Virus record (IMG/VR): IMGVR_UViG_3300044580_000255
Location: 1-27,956 of that record
Source: a virus
Taxonomy: Duplodnaviria > Caudoviricetes
Direction: 5' to 3' (one strand)
Length of the DNA stretch: 27,956 bases
Numbering within the stretch: position 1 is the first letter of the stretch; each line of letters begins with the position of its first letter. Below are positions 1 through 7,998 of the stretch, in pieces. Both the position numbers and the translations under genes were made by a program. Below the pieces are notes generated by a model. The model ran no database searches. It had not been told where the DNA came from and saw only the letters and a list, made by a program, of their open reading frames with translations.

Positions 1-135
1 CAACCACTGCAACCACTGCAACCACTGCAACCACTGCAACCACTGAAACCACTGAAACCACTGAAACCACTGAAACCACTGAAACCACTGCAACCACTGC
101 AACCACTGAAACCACTGAAACCGATGCAACTAATG
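1..135 (+). repeat. 9-bp tandem repeat (C/A)AACCACTG, 13 perfect units plus 2 degenerate units, coding (A/E)TT
   Basis: Units 1..117 read 5xCAACCACTG, 5xAAACCACTG, 2xCAACCACTG, 1xAAACCACTG, followed by AAACCGATG and CAACTAATG. The repeat is in frame with the transposase. Confidence 0.95.
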
Positions 136-2342
136 AAGGTGGATGTTTGGATTGTTATGCGAAGGGTTGTGGAGAGGAATGCTGTTACGAATGCGAGCGT
201 TACGAGGACTGTAACAGTAGGCAATGCAAGCTAGCAGAGAGTGAAGCGAAGAGGACTGGAAATGATTATCTGGAGGTGATGGCGGGGTATCGGGAGTTCC
301 GGCAGTCGGCAGCTGGAGCAGTGATGGCGGAGGTAATGAAGGATGAGGCGTTCTTCGGGGTCAGCAAAAAGATGGATATGAGTGGCGGCGGAACGGCGTC
401 CGCCGGTACAAACAAGAAGATGGGGACGGATGGCGGCGGAACGGCGTCCGCCGGGATAATCAAGCGGCAGGTGGTAGAATATGTGCCGTATCATAAGCTT
501 GAAGAGGCGCAATTATATGCTTTACTGTTAGAAGAAATAGACAGGCGTTTGCGGGGAGCGAAAAGTAAAACAGCGGAATGGTCAGCTATTGCAAATGATT
601 ATAATAATGGGGAGTTAGTTCCTGAGCTGAAGAGATTGAAGGGCAGGCGGAGTGAGCGGGGGTTGAGGTATTGGTATCAGAAGTGGCAGGAAGCGGAGCA
701 GGATATGTTTGAACTGGTGCATAAGAACAATGCGCAGGTTCGGGGGCGGAAGGTGACATATATGGAGCAGCAGTTTTTGATTGGGGCATTGCTTTGTGGC
801 AGTGAGAAGCCGATAATGAATGCGATTCGGGAGCTAAAGGTGAAGGCGATGCAGGGGATAATGGAAAGTCCGAGCAGTGTAGCGACGCTAAAGCGATGGT
901 GTCGTGACTTTGCAGAGGATAATCCGGCAGAATGGTGTCAGGGTAGGCGGGGAGACAAGGCAGTGATGGAGGAAATAGTAAAGAGCGTTGACCGGGATGA
1001 CAGTAGTATTGAGCCATTACAGGTAGTGGTAGTGGACGGGCATAAGCTGAATGTGTTTGTGGAGAATCCGATAACGGGGAAGGCATTCAGGCCTACACTA
1101 ATAGTGGTTTTTGATTGGGGGACGCGGTATCCGGTGGGTATGTCTCTTGCGCTGACGGAGGATAGTGCGCACACTTTGACAGCTTTCAGGAACGCATTTT
1201 TAAATATGGGGGTATTGCCTAAATGGGCATTATTAGATAACGGCAAGGCATTCAGAAGTAAGCTTTTTAATGAGAAGTGGGAAGAACATAATTTGGAGAA
1301 GGAATTTGCGGGGATATTTCCGAGATTGGGGATAGAGGCACATTTCGCCAGGGCATACAATGCAAAAGCAAAGATAGTGGAACGGTGGTTCAAGACCCTG
1401 GATGATCAATGGAGCAGTAGGCAAGCGAGCTATTGCGGGCGCGACATAAAGAACAAGCCAGCGCAATATGGTCGTAACGAGAAGTGGATGCAGGAGATGT
1501 TTGGAAGTAAGGCAATGGATTATGCGGAGTGCATACACAGCATATATGAGTATATACGCTGGGAATATGGGATGGCAGTGCACAGCAAAACGAAGCAGAG
1601 ACCTTATGAGGCGTTTACCAAGGCAGAACGGGATCCGGAAAGGATAGTAGATCCGATTAAGCTGAACATGCTGATGCTGACGGCAGAGCGTAGGAAGTTG
1701 AGGAGCGAGGGGATAATGCTTTATAAGAACCGGTATTGGGCACCGGAGATGATTGATTATGTAGGCAAGAGGGTGATTATTCGGTATGATTACAATGATT
1801 TAAGAAACATCCTGGTATATGATGAGCGGAGCCGATATATTTGCATGGCGGAGTTGAGAGAGAGTCAGAGCGCATGGGTATATGCCGAGATGGATAATCC
1901 CCTGGTAGCGCAGAAATTGTGGGCAGAGGACAGGGAGATAGAGGGGATTAAACGGACAATTCGGAAGAAGACCAAGCAATTGGTGACCATTAGCAAGAAG
2001 GTGGTGGATGAGACAATGGCCAAACATCAGCATATAATTGATGCCCGTAAAGAAGAAGTTCGGCAGCACAATCCGGCGTTTATGAATGCGTCAATGATGC
2101 CGGAGCGGGTAAAGCGTGTGGATGTGAATGAAGAAGTGGCTGAGTTGGAGCGGATGGCGGCGAGCGCTTTTGCTGAGGTGGTTCCCGCAGATAACGCCAA
2201 TAAAAACGCAGATAGCGCAGATCAAGCAACTGATAACGGGAAGGTGATATTGTTGGAGGATTTGCTGCAGGAAGATGAAGGTGATTTGGTGGAGACGGTG
2301 AGTTTTAGCGAGATGCAGAAGATTATCGGGCTAAAGAAGTAG
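3..2342 (+). CDS. Mu-like DDE transposase (MuA family), 5'-partial
   Basis: The frame is open from base 3, so the TTG at 147 is probably internal. DDE motifs are VVVDGH, LLDNGKAF and AKIVERWF. A Mu transposase C-terminal beta domain is present (GIMLYKNRYW..VIIRYD). The gene is followed by an ATPase. Confidence 0.93.
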   Translation, partial: TTATTATTATTATTETTETTETTETTETTATTATTETTETDATNEGGCLDCYAKGCGEECCYECERYEDCNSRQCKLAESEAKRTGNDYLEVMAGYREFRQSAAGAVMAEVMKDEAFFGVSKKMDMSGGGTASAGTNKKMGTDGGGTASAGIIKRQVVEYVPYHKLEEAQLYALLLEEIDRRLRGAKSKTAEWSAIANDYNNGELVPELKRLKGRRSERGLRYWYQKWQEAEQDMFELVHKNNAQVRGRKVTYMEQQFLIGALLCGSEKPIMNAIRELKVKAMQGIMESPSSVATLKRWCRDFAEDNPAEWCQGRRGDKAVMEEIVKSVDRDDSSIEPLQVVVVDGHKLNVFVENPITGKAFRPTLIVVFDWGTRYPVGMSLALTEDSAHTLTAFRNAFLNMGVLPKWALLDNGKAFRSKLFNEKWEEHNLEKEFAGIFPRLGIEAHFARAYNAKAKIVERWFKTLDDQWSSRQASYCGRDIKNKPAQYGRNEKWMQEMFGSKAMDYAECIHSIYEYIRWEYGMAVHSKTKQRPYEAFTKAERDPERIVDPIKLNMLMLTAERRKLRSEGIMLYKNRYWAPEMIDYVGKRVIIRYDYNDLRNILVYDERSRYICMAELRESQSAWVYAEMDNPLVAQKLWAEDREIEGIKRTIRKKTKQLVTISKKVVDETMAKHQHIIDARKEEVRQHNPAFMNASMMPERVKRVDVNEEVAELERMAASAFAEVVPADNANKNADSADQATDNGKVILLEDLLQEDEGDLVETVSFSEMQKIIGLKK
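383..454 (+). repeat. Two copies of a 24-bp GC-rich palindromic unit, 48 bp apart, inside the transposase
   Basis: TGGCGGCGGAACGGCGTCCGCCGG occurs at 383..406 and 431..454. Each copy contains the stem CGGCGGA/TCCGCCG and encodes GGGTASAG. Confidence 0.9.
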
Positions 2343-2398
2343 GATAGAATGCAGATGAATCAAATTTATATAAATAAACAAAATGGAGGTACGAACAA

Positions 2399-3109
2399 AT
2401 GAAAGAAGGTAAACTGGCAAGATTAAGCAATGTGATAGCGGCGGACAGGTGCGTGGAGTATCTGCTGGCGCGTCCGAAGCTGGAGATGGTGGGCTTGGGA
2501 TTATTATACGGATATCCTGGGTTGGGTAAGACAACTTATGGGCAGCGGATGGCATATAGCAAGGGTTATTTGTATTTGAGGTTGGAAAATTATATGACGC
2601 CCAAGACCTTTGCGGTGGCTCTGAAAGAAGCATTGATGAGACATTTGGGACTGGGAAGCTATTTGGTGTCAGGAAGCAGTGCAACTATTTACGACAGTGT
2701 GAGAGGATTATTGGTGGAATATCCAGAGACGGTGATCTTGATAGATGAGATAGATTATGCGTTCCAAGAGAAGAAGATATTGGGAGCGATTAGGGACATT
2801 GTAGATCAGACAACGGCAGTAGTGATTCTGATTGGGATGCAGAATGCCAAAGAGCGTCTGTATCAGATTAACCGCTATTATTTTGATAGGTGCGGGGTGT
2901 TTTATGAGTTTCAAGCCCCGAGCAAGAAGGACATAGCGATATTGATGGCTACGGTAATGGAGGTGGGATTTGGAGAGGATATGGTGGATTATATAGCCAA
3001 ACGTAACCAAGGAACATTGAGGGATACGATCAAGTTGATACACAGTGTAGAGAGCGTGGCGCGGGTGAAGAAGCTGGAGCGGGTGACGGTGCAGGATTTG
3101 GAGGGATGA
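2399..3109 (+). CDS. MuB-like AAA+ transposition ATPase
   Basis: Walker A GYPGLGKT, Walker B ILIDEID, a GGAGG RBS, and a position directly after the transposase. Confidence 0.9.
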   Translation: MKEGKLARLSNVIAADRCVEYLLARPKLEMVGLGLLYGYPGLGKTTYGQRMAYSKGYLYLRLENYMTPKTFAVALKEALMRHLGLGSYLVSGSSATIYDSVRGLLVEYPETVILIDEIDYAFQEKKILGAIRDIVDQTTAVVILIGMQNAKERLYQINRYYFDRCGVFYEFQAPSKKDIAILMATVMEVGFGEDMVDYIAKRNQGTLRDTIKLIHSVESVARVKKLERVTVQDLEG

Positions 3110-3165
3110 GATGAGAGAACAGGAAACAAAGATGAGAGAACAGGAAACAAAGATGAGAGAACAGG
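3109..3165 (+). repeat. 21-bp tandem repeat (about 2.7 copies) encoding MREQETK
   Basis: ATGAGAGAACAGGAAACAAAG at 3111 and 3132, with a partial copy at 3153. Confidence 0.92.
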
Positions 3166-3653
3166 GTGCGATGGAGCGGCATCTGCCGGTGACAAAGAGG
3201 TTGTTAGATAACTTTATAGCGGGATATAAGAAGCCATTCAATGCGGAGATTATGGCGGAGATGACAGGTTTGAGCCGGAGTATATGTGAAAAGTATCTGC
3301 GTTTGGCGGAGGAACTGGGAGAAGTGAAGAAGATTGAGAAGGGGATTTGGCTGGTAAAGCAGAACGACATTGTAGTGACTATCGGGAACTGGAAGTATAG
3401 CCGGAGAGCGGCAGAGGCGGTTTTGGAAGTGATCCGAGCCGGGGATGGCAAGAGTATTCGTAAGATTGCCATGAAATTGGGGTTTAGCAGGCAATATGTA
3501 TATAAGTATTTGGAGGCATTGGCATCAATCGGGGCAGTGGCGTGGGACGGGAGCAGATATATAAGCACGGGACAGGGAGATATGCTGAAATTAGGGACGA
3601 AGATAGAGAAGGGGATATTAAGCAGGATAAAACGAGAGGTGCAAGATGAATAG
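3111..3653 (+). CDS. DNA-binding protein with two (winged) HTH domains
   Basis: AEIMAEMTGLSRSICEKYL and SIRKIAMKLGFSRQYVYKYL are both HTH-like. The start is uncertain (3111 to 3171). Confidence 0.75.
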   Translation: MREQETKMREQETKMREQGAMERHLPVTKRLLDNFIAGYKKPFNAEIMAEMTGLSRSICEKYLRLAEELGEVKKIEKGIWLVKQNDIVVTIGNWKYSRRAAEAVLEVIRAGDGKSIRKIAMKLGFSRQYVYKYLEALASIGAVAWDGSRYISTGQGDMLKLGTKIEKGILSRIKREVQDE

Positions 3654-4143
3654 CACGCAGAGAGCAAGGGACAGGGTGGAGGCAGAGCGAGAGATTGTAA
3701 CCCGCTGGAACACCCAAACAACCAACAAGTTATCTGACAGGGATAGCGAACATAGGAAGGACAGTCCCCGCTGCAGGGAGCTGAGGAGGCAGATTCAGGC
3801 ACATCGGATCAAGCGTTTGGGGTGGAGCGATTTTGTGTTCCATTTTGTGATGGAGGGACTGGGATTTGGACGGAGCTTGAGGGAGTTAGATGAGGTGCGT
3901 CTGGAGGAATTGTGGAAGATAGTGAAGGGCTACAGGAAGAGTGGGAAGCCGATTGAATATGAGTATGACAAGCAAGGGCGATATATGCATTCGCTGATGA
4001 AGCGGGCGGGCTGGGAGGAGCGGACATTGAGGGCTTATTTAATCATCAACTTTAAAAAGACACACTGGAATCTGCTTAACAAAGAAGAGCGGCGGAGTGT
4101 GATAAAAAAACTAAAAGAATGTGTTCAGGAGGTACAAAAATGA
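3646..4143 (+). CDS. Mu GemA/gp16-like (DUF1018) early protein
   Basis: The pattern RRQIQAHRIKRLGWSD..SLRELDE..L..Q.RYM..L...GW...L.....VIKKLK is typical of this family, and the gene lies in the Mu early region. Confidence 0.65.
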   Translation: MNSTQRARDRVEAEREIVTRWNTQTTNKLSDRDSEHRKDSPRCRELRRQIQAHRIKRLGWSDFVFHFVMEGLGFGRSLRELDEVRLEELWKIVKGYRKSGKPIEYEYDKQGRYMHSLMKRAGWEERTLRAYLIINFKKTHWNLLNKEERRSVIKKLKECVQEVQK

Positions 4144-4520
4144 CAACCACGATCAATCTGATATATATCGTAGGCATGTTACTTTATGCAATGATAGTAA
4201 CGGGTTTATGGATATGCGCACTGATAGGAGGGGGCAAAGAAAGGCAGGATAGGATAATGGAGCAAAAGGAAAGGAGTATGGAATGCCGGCATTTCATAGA
4301 TCAAGCAAAGAAGCTGGAGGAAGAGAACGGAAAGCTGCGGGAAGAGATGGAGACCTTGCATAGATGCAAGCATATATTGGCTGAACAGTATATAAAGATA
4401 CAGAACGAATACGCCTATTACCGGATACTAGTGCGAACAGCAGATCCAAAGACAAACGAAAGCGCATGTGAGAATATGAATAATTACAAAAGGTCATTAA
4501 AAAACAAAGGAGGAAGCTAA
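4140..4520 (+). CDS. Membrane-anchored coiled-coil protein
   Basis: An AGGAGG RBS precedes ATG 4140, which overlaps the upstream stop (ATGA). The protein has an N-terminal hydrophobic segment followed by a charged helix. Confidence 0.65.
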   Translation: MTTTINLIYIVGMLLYAMIVTGLWICALIGGGKERQDRIMEQKERSMECRHFIDQAKKLEEENGKLREEMETLHRCKHILAEQYIKIQNEYAYYRILVRTADPKTNESACENMNNYKRSLKNKGGS

Positions 4521-5068
4521 TGGCTAAGATTACGAATGTGATAATCCACTGCAGTGACAGTGAATTTGGCACGGCGGCGGAGATCAGGCGGTGGCACATG
4601 CAAAAAGGATGGGAAGACATAGGATATAATTGGGTGATTCTGAATGGACTGCTGGTACCAGAGACGAAGTGGCAGAAGCGACTGTATATGGAATGTATGG
4701 ACGGGATGATAGAAGTTGGCCGGAAGGTGGACGGAGACAATATCCTGGTGGGTAAAGAAGTGGGAGCACATACATTGGGATACAATGACAAGAGCTTAGG
4801 ATTGTGCCTGATAGGCGTGAAGAACTTCACAAAGAAGCAGTTCTATAGCCTGGCTGTAATCACCTTGGAGATTCAGGCGATCTGGGGAGTGAAGAGTGAT
4901 ATGTTCCTGGGGCACTATAATGTAGCAAAGAAGACCTGTCCGAACTTCAATGTGCAGTTATTTATGAAGGATCGGGAGATGATCCTGATGAAGGGCGTTG
5001 GGAGTGTGGAGGTTGATAAATATAAGCTGGCTGGTTTTGAGCAGGAGGTGAACAATGCCAACAAGTAA
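4520..5068 (+). CDS. N-acetylmuramoyl-L-alanine amidase (T7 lysozyme/Amidase_2-like), probable endolysin
   Basis: Zn-amidase motifs IIHCSD, HMQKGWEDIGYN, GAHTLGYN.KSLGLCLIG and GH....KTCPNF. Confidence 0.88.
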   Translation: MAKITNVIIHCSDSEFGTAAEIRRWHMQKGWEDIGYNWVILNGLLVPETKWQKRLYMECMDGMIEVGRKVDGDNILVGKEVGAHTLGYNDKSLGLCLIGVKNFTKKQFYSLAVITLEIQAIWGVKSDMFLGHYNVAKKTCPNFNVQLFMKDREMILMKGVGSVEVDKYKLAGFEQEVNNANK

Positions 5069-5660
5069 GATGACATGCCCACTGTGCCAGGGAAAGGGCA
5101 CGCTAACCGAGGATGTGAAAGAGTATGAGTTTATTACGAGGGATCCGTTGACGAGTCGATGCATGGTTTGTAATGGTAAGGGATACATAAATCCCAACAC
5201 CAAGCTACCGAATGGGCAAAGGGTGCGGGATGCGTTTGGAAAACAAGATATAGAACAGAAGAAGCAGTTAAAAAGGATTCAGCCGGAAAAGGAGCAGAAG
5301 AGATTGAATGTGAGCCGGAAGGCGGTGTTCAATCTGGAGGCAGCAGATACGGTGGAGGGGTATGATAAAGCGCAGAAGACGCAGATTAAAAGGAATGAGC
5401 CGGAGAAGGCAATGAGTCCGCGGTTGCAAAAGGTGTTAGCAAGCGGGAAGAAATTTCTGATCGTGACGGAAACGGAACCGTATTACATCTATGTATATGG
5501 ACTGATTCGGGAGCAAGAGAGAAAGCAGGGCAGTTGGACATGGGAAGATGAGGAGGCATATGTGGAAGCTCTAATGACTGAAAGGCAACGATTGATAAAT
5601 GGGATAGCTGTGCTCAATCAAAAGGATGTTTCATTTAGAAAGGAGGTGAACAATGGCTAA
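5055..5660 (+). CDS. Hypothetical protein with an N-terminal DnaJ-type zinc finger
   Basis: CPLCQGKG and CMVCNGKG (two CxxCxGxG motifs), and an AGGAGGT RBS. Confidence 0.7.
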   Translation: MPTSKMTCPLCQGKGTLTEDVKEYEFITRDPLTSRCMVCNGKGYINPNTKLPNGQRVRDAFGKQDIEQKKQLKRIQPEKEQKRLNVSRKAVFNLEAADTVEGYDKAQKTQIKRNEPEKAMSPRLQKVLASGKKFLIVTETEPYYIYVYGLIREQERKQGSWTWEDEEAYVEALMTERQRLINGIAVLNQKDVSFRKEVNNG

Positions 5661-6264
5661 GACGGTAAAAAAGGGTAAGCTGGTGATGTGGATAGATGGA
5701 GCCGGGATTGAAGTTCCGGAGAAGTATATTGCTCCGGAAGAGAAGAACCGAGATGCTTTGGTGAGCAAGCTGGTGGGAAGAGCGAGGAGATTACACCAGA
5801 TCATCAAGAATGAAAAGCGGGAGATGGAGCGAGAGATTGCTGATTTTTTGCAGGATACTGCCAAGCGCGAAGGCGAGGAATGGGTTGGCGGAACTACACT
5901 GTATAACTTCAGTATGGACGAAGCAATTGTGATTAAGATTGCGAAGAAATGGACCTTTGACGAGAAACTGCGACTTGCCAAGCAGAAGATAGACCGCGTG
6001 ATAGAGAGCCGTAGTGCCGATAGTGACCCGTTAATAGTTACCCTGGTCAACCGGGCATTTGCGGTGGACAGCAAGGGAGAAGTGGATGCGAGACAGTTAA
6101 TAGGGCTCAGGCAGATCAAGGTGGATGATAAGCTTTGGAATGAGGCAATGGAATTGATTGCCGACAGCCAGAAGGTGCAGAGCACAAAGACTTATTTCTA
6201 CTTTCAGGAGGCAGGGGATGACGGGAAGATGGTGAGCATTGTGCTGGATTTTGCGGCGCTGTAA
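5653..6264 (+). CDS. DUF3164-like Mu-phage early protein
   Basis: W.D..G..VP...I, FDEKLRLAKQKID, LVNRAF.VD.KG, W.EAM.LI.DS......K.Y..F and a terminal I.LDFAAL are all characteristic of the family. Confidence 0.8.
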   Translation: MAKTVKKGKLVMWIDGAGIEVPEKYIAPEEKNRDALVSKLVGRARRLHQIIKNEKREMEREIADFLQDTAKREGEEWVGGTTLYNFSMDEAIVIKIAKKWTFDEKLRLAKQKIDRVIESRSADSDPLIVTLVNRAFAVDSKGEVDARQLIGLRQIKVDDKLWNEAMELIADSQKVQSTKTYFYFQEAGDDGKMVSIVLDFAAL

Positions 6265-6313
6265 GGGATTTCCGCAGATGAGCGTAAATGAGGATTGAAG
6301 AAGAGGTGTGAAG

Positions 6314-7054
6314 ATGGGAAATAAAGAGTTATGGCAGAAGGCGAAGGAACAGGTGGGTGAAGAAGAGCTCACCCGCCGGTTCCGGAGTTGGATCGGGACA
6401 TTGATCCGCAATGCCCGGTTAAAGAGCGAGAAATGTGCTTCTACGGAGTTGCAGACAAGAGATGTGCTTACTATACTATCTGACCTAAATGAACGCACAA
6501 AGAGCCGTTTTCAAGCGACAGACAAAGCCACGCATCTGATTATTGCGCTTTTGAAGAAGGGATATTTGGTAGAAGATTTTTTTAAGGTGCATGAGGTAAA
6601 ATGCGGGCAATGGCAGGGGAATGAGAAGATGGAATATTGTTTGAGACCGAGCACACTGTATGCGCCGAGCCATTTTGACGAGTACCTGGCGGAGTGGTGG
6701 AAGGAGGACAGGGAGCGGAAGGAACTGAAGCAGAAGCGGGAGCAGGCGGGGAAAAAACCGCAGAATGGAGCAGAGCAAGCACAACGAGCAGAGCGAGAAG
6801 CCAAGGTGAAAGAATTGAACAGTCGGAAGTGGTATGAGCATGACAGCTGGCTGGAATTTATGCGGTGGACTATTCAGTTTCCGGATAATGAGAGCTTGGA
6901 AGCATATCCAATGCCGGAACGAATCAGGAAGATGCGGAAGACACCGGGAATGCTGATGCAGGTTGCTGCCGGTAAGTGTGCGGAATGGGCGGAAGCGGAA
7001 TATAAGGAATTGAAAAGGGAGGCGGAGCATGATAAACACGGGCAGATACTATAG
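6314..7054 (+). CDS. Protein with a conserved phage C-terminal (Phg_2220_C-like) replication-associated domain
   Basis: Motif I.ALLKKGY..EDF.KV...K...W....KM..CLRPSTLY..SHFDEYL. The start is ATG 6314 (after GAGGTG) or GTG 6308. Confidence 0.7.
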   Translation: MGNKELWQKAKEQVGEEELTRRFRSWIGTLIRNARLKSEKCASTELQTRDVLTILSDLNERTKSRFQATDKATHLIIALLKKGYLVEDFFKVHEVKCGQWQGNEKMEYCLRPSTLYAPSHFDEYLAEWWKEDRERKELKQKREQAGKKPQNGAEQAQRAEREAKVKELNSRKWYEHDSWLEFMRWTIQFPDNESLEAYPMPERIRKMRKTPGMLMQVAAGKCAEWAEAEYKELKREAEHDKHGQIL

Positions 7055-7229
7055 GCCTGATGAAGTGGCAGAGATACTGAATGTGGATAAGTCATCCATC
7101 TATCGGATGATAAAAGACATTGAGGATCCGTTACCGGCGATAAAACTGAATGGAGGGTGTTTAAGAATACCGGGGCAAGAACTGAGTGAATGGCTGGAGC
7201 GGAGGCGAGTGAATTCGGCGGAAGTATAA
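7029..7229 (+). CDS. Excisionase-like HTH (HTH_17) DNA-binding protein
   Basis: YYRPDEVAEILNVDKSSIYRMI..LPAIKL.G.LRIP..EL.EWL; 66 aa. Confidence 0.85.
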   Translation: MINTGRYYRPDEVAEILNVDKSSIYRMIKDIEDPLPAIKLNGGCLRIPGQELSEWLERRRVNSAEV

Positions 7230-7248
7230 AGGACGAGATGAGCAAGAT

Positions 7249-7277
7249 AAAAACCCGGCACAATACCGGGTTTTTTT
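7249..7277 (+). terminator. Intrinsic terminator ending the early operon (possibly bidirectional)
   Basis: AAAAA CCCGG CACAATA CCGGG TTTTTTT, about 20 bp after the HTH gene stop. Confidence 0.85.
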
Positions 7278-7293
7278 GTAACGCCTGCATACT

Positions 7294-7355
7294 CCAGTCC
7301 ACTCCTGCCACAGTATTTTTAAGAAAATGCAAAAACAGTGGCAGGAATGGACTGG
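7294..7355. promoter_or_regulatory. 18-bp inverted repeat upstream of the late genes
   Basis: CCAGTCCACTCCTGCCAC (7294..7311) and GTGGCAGGAATGGACTGG (7338..7355) are complementary at 17 of 18 positions around an AT-rich spacer. The function is inferred only. Confidence 0.6.
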
Positions 7356-7394
7356 TGTGTTTGACAAGATTAGGGTATGTGGCAGGATGGAGCT

Positions 7395-7844
7395 ATGAGT
7401 AACAGCAAAGCTTTTAGAGAAAAAAAAGAAATGGCGTTTGAGGCCTTTATCAGCGGGAAGACGAGCCCGAAGGAATTGGCAGAGTTAGTGGGCTGCAGTC
7501 CGGTGACGGTGAGCAAGTGGATAGCGAATGGGAAGTGGGACAAGATTGAGGGAGAAGAGCGGAGACTGAACCGGAAGATAACAGTTGCCAGAAGAAAGGC
7601 ATTACTAACAGCACTTGAAGAATATTCCAAAGATCCAAAGAACACAGCTTTGCAATCTCTGGTAGGTATATTGCGGCAGGAGATGAAGCGAGAAGAGCCG
7701 GCGAAGGAACTTTGCAACTACATAGTGAAGTTTTTAGACCAAGTGACAGATTTTATGATTGAGAAGGGGTATGATGGTCTGCTGAAGCAGTTTCAATCAA
7801 TTGTGATGGAATTGGCAGAATATTTGAGGATGAGGAACGGATGA
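7395..7844 (+). CDS. HTH protein, probable terminase small subunit
   Basis: N-terminal HTH (KELAELVGCSPVTVSKWIANGKWD) followed by a helical body. It is the first gene of the late region. An alternative start is 7377. Confidence 0.65.
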   Translation: MSNSKAFREKKEMAFEAFISGKTSPKELAELVGCSPVTVSKWIANGKWDKIEGEERRLNRKITVARRKALLTALEEYSKDPKNTALQSLVGILRQEMKREEPAKELCNYIVKFLDQVTDFMIEKGYDGLLKQFQSIVMELAEYLRMRNG

Positions 7845-7882
7845 GAAATTTAACACTGACCCAGACATGTACCTCCAAGCGA

Positions 7883-7981
7883 CCCGGTGGCATACCCTAT
7901 GCCACCGGGGATATTTTACCCTACCAATCCTCAGAGCCCTGCCTAAGTATTCCTAAAGGAATGAGGGCGGGGCTGATTTTT
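7883..7981 (+). terminator. Two consecutive hairpins, terminator/attenuator-like
   Basis: A perfect 12-bp stem CCCGGTGGCATA-CCC-TATGCCACCGGG (7883..7909). A second stem AGCCCTGCC..GGCGGGGCT (7935..7974) has an inner ATTCC/GGAAT pair and is followed by GATTTTT. Confidence 0.55.
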
Positions 7982-7998
7982 GTAACGGGAGAGGAGTA

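Noticed and set aside
1-135. Possible CRISPR array or telomere-like repeat
   Set aside because: It consists of contiguous 9-bp units with no spacers and is in frame with the transposase.
2708-3802. 364-aa minus-strand ORF and the many other minus-strand ORFs
   Set aside because: They are shadows of well-supported plus-strand genes in a strongly purine-skewed sequence, with S/P/L/F-rich composition and no motifs.
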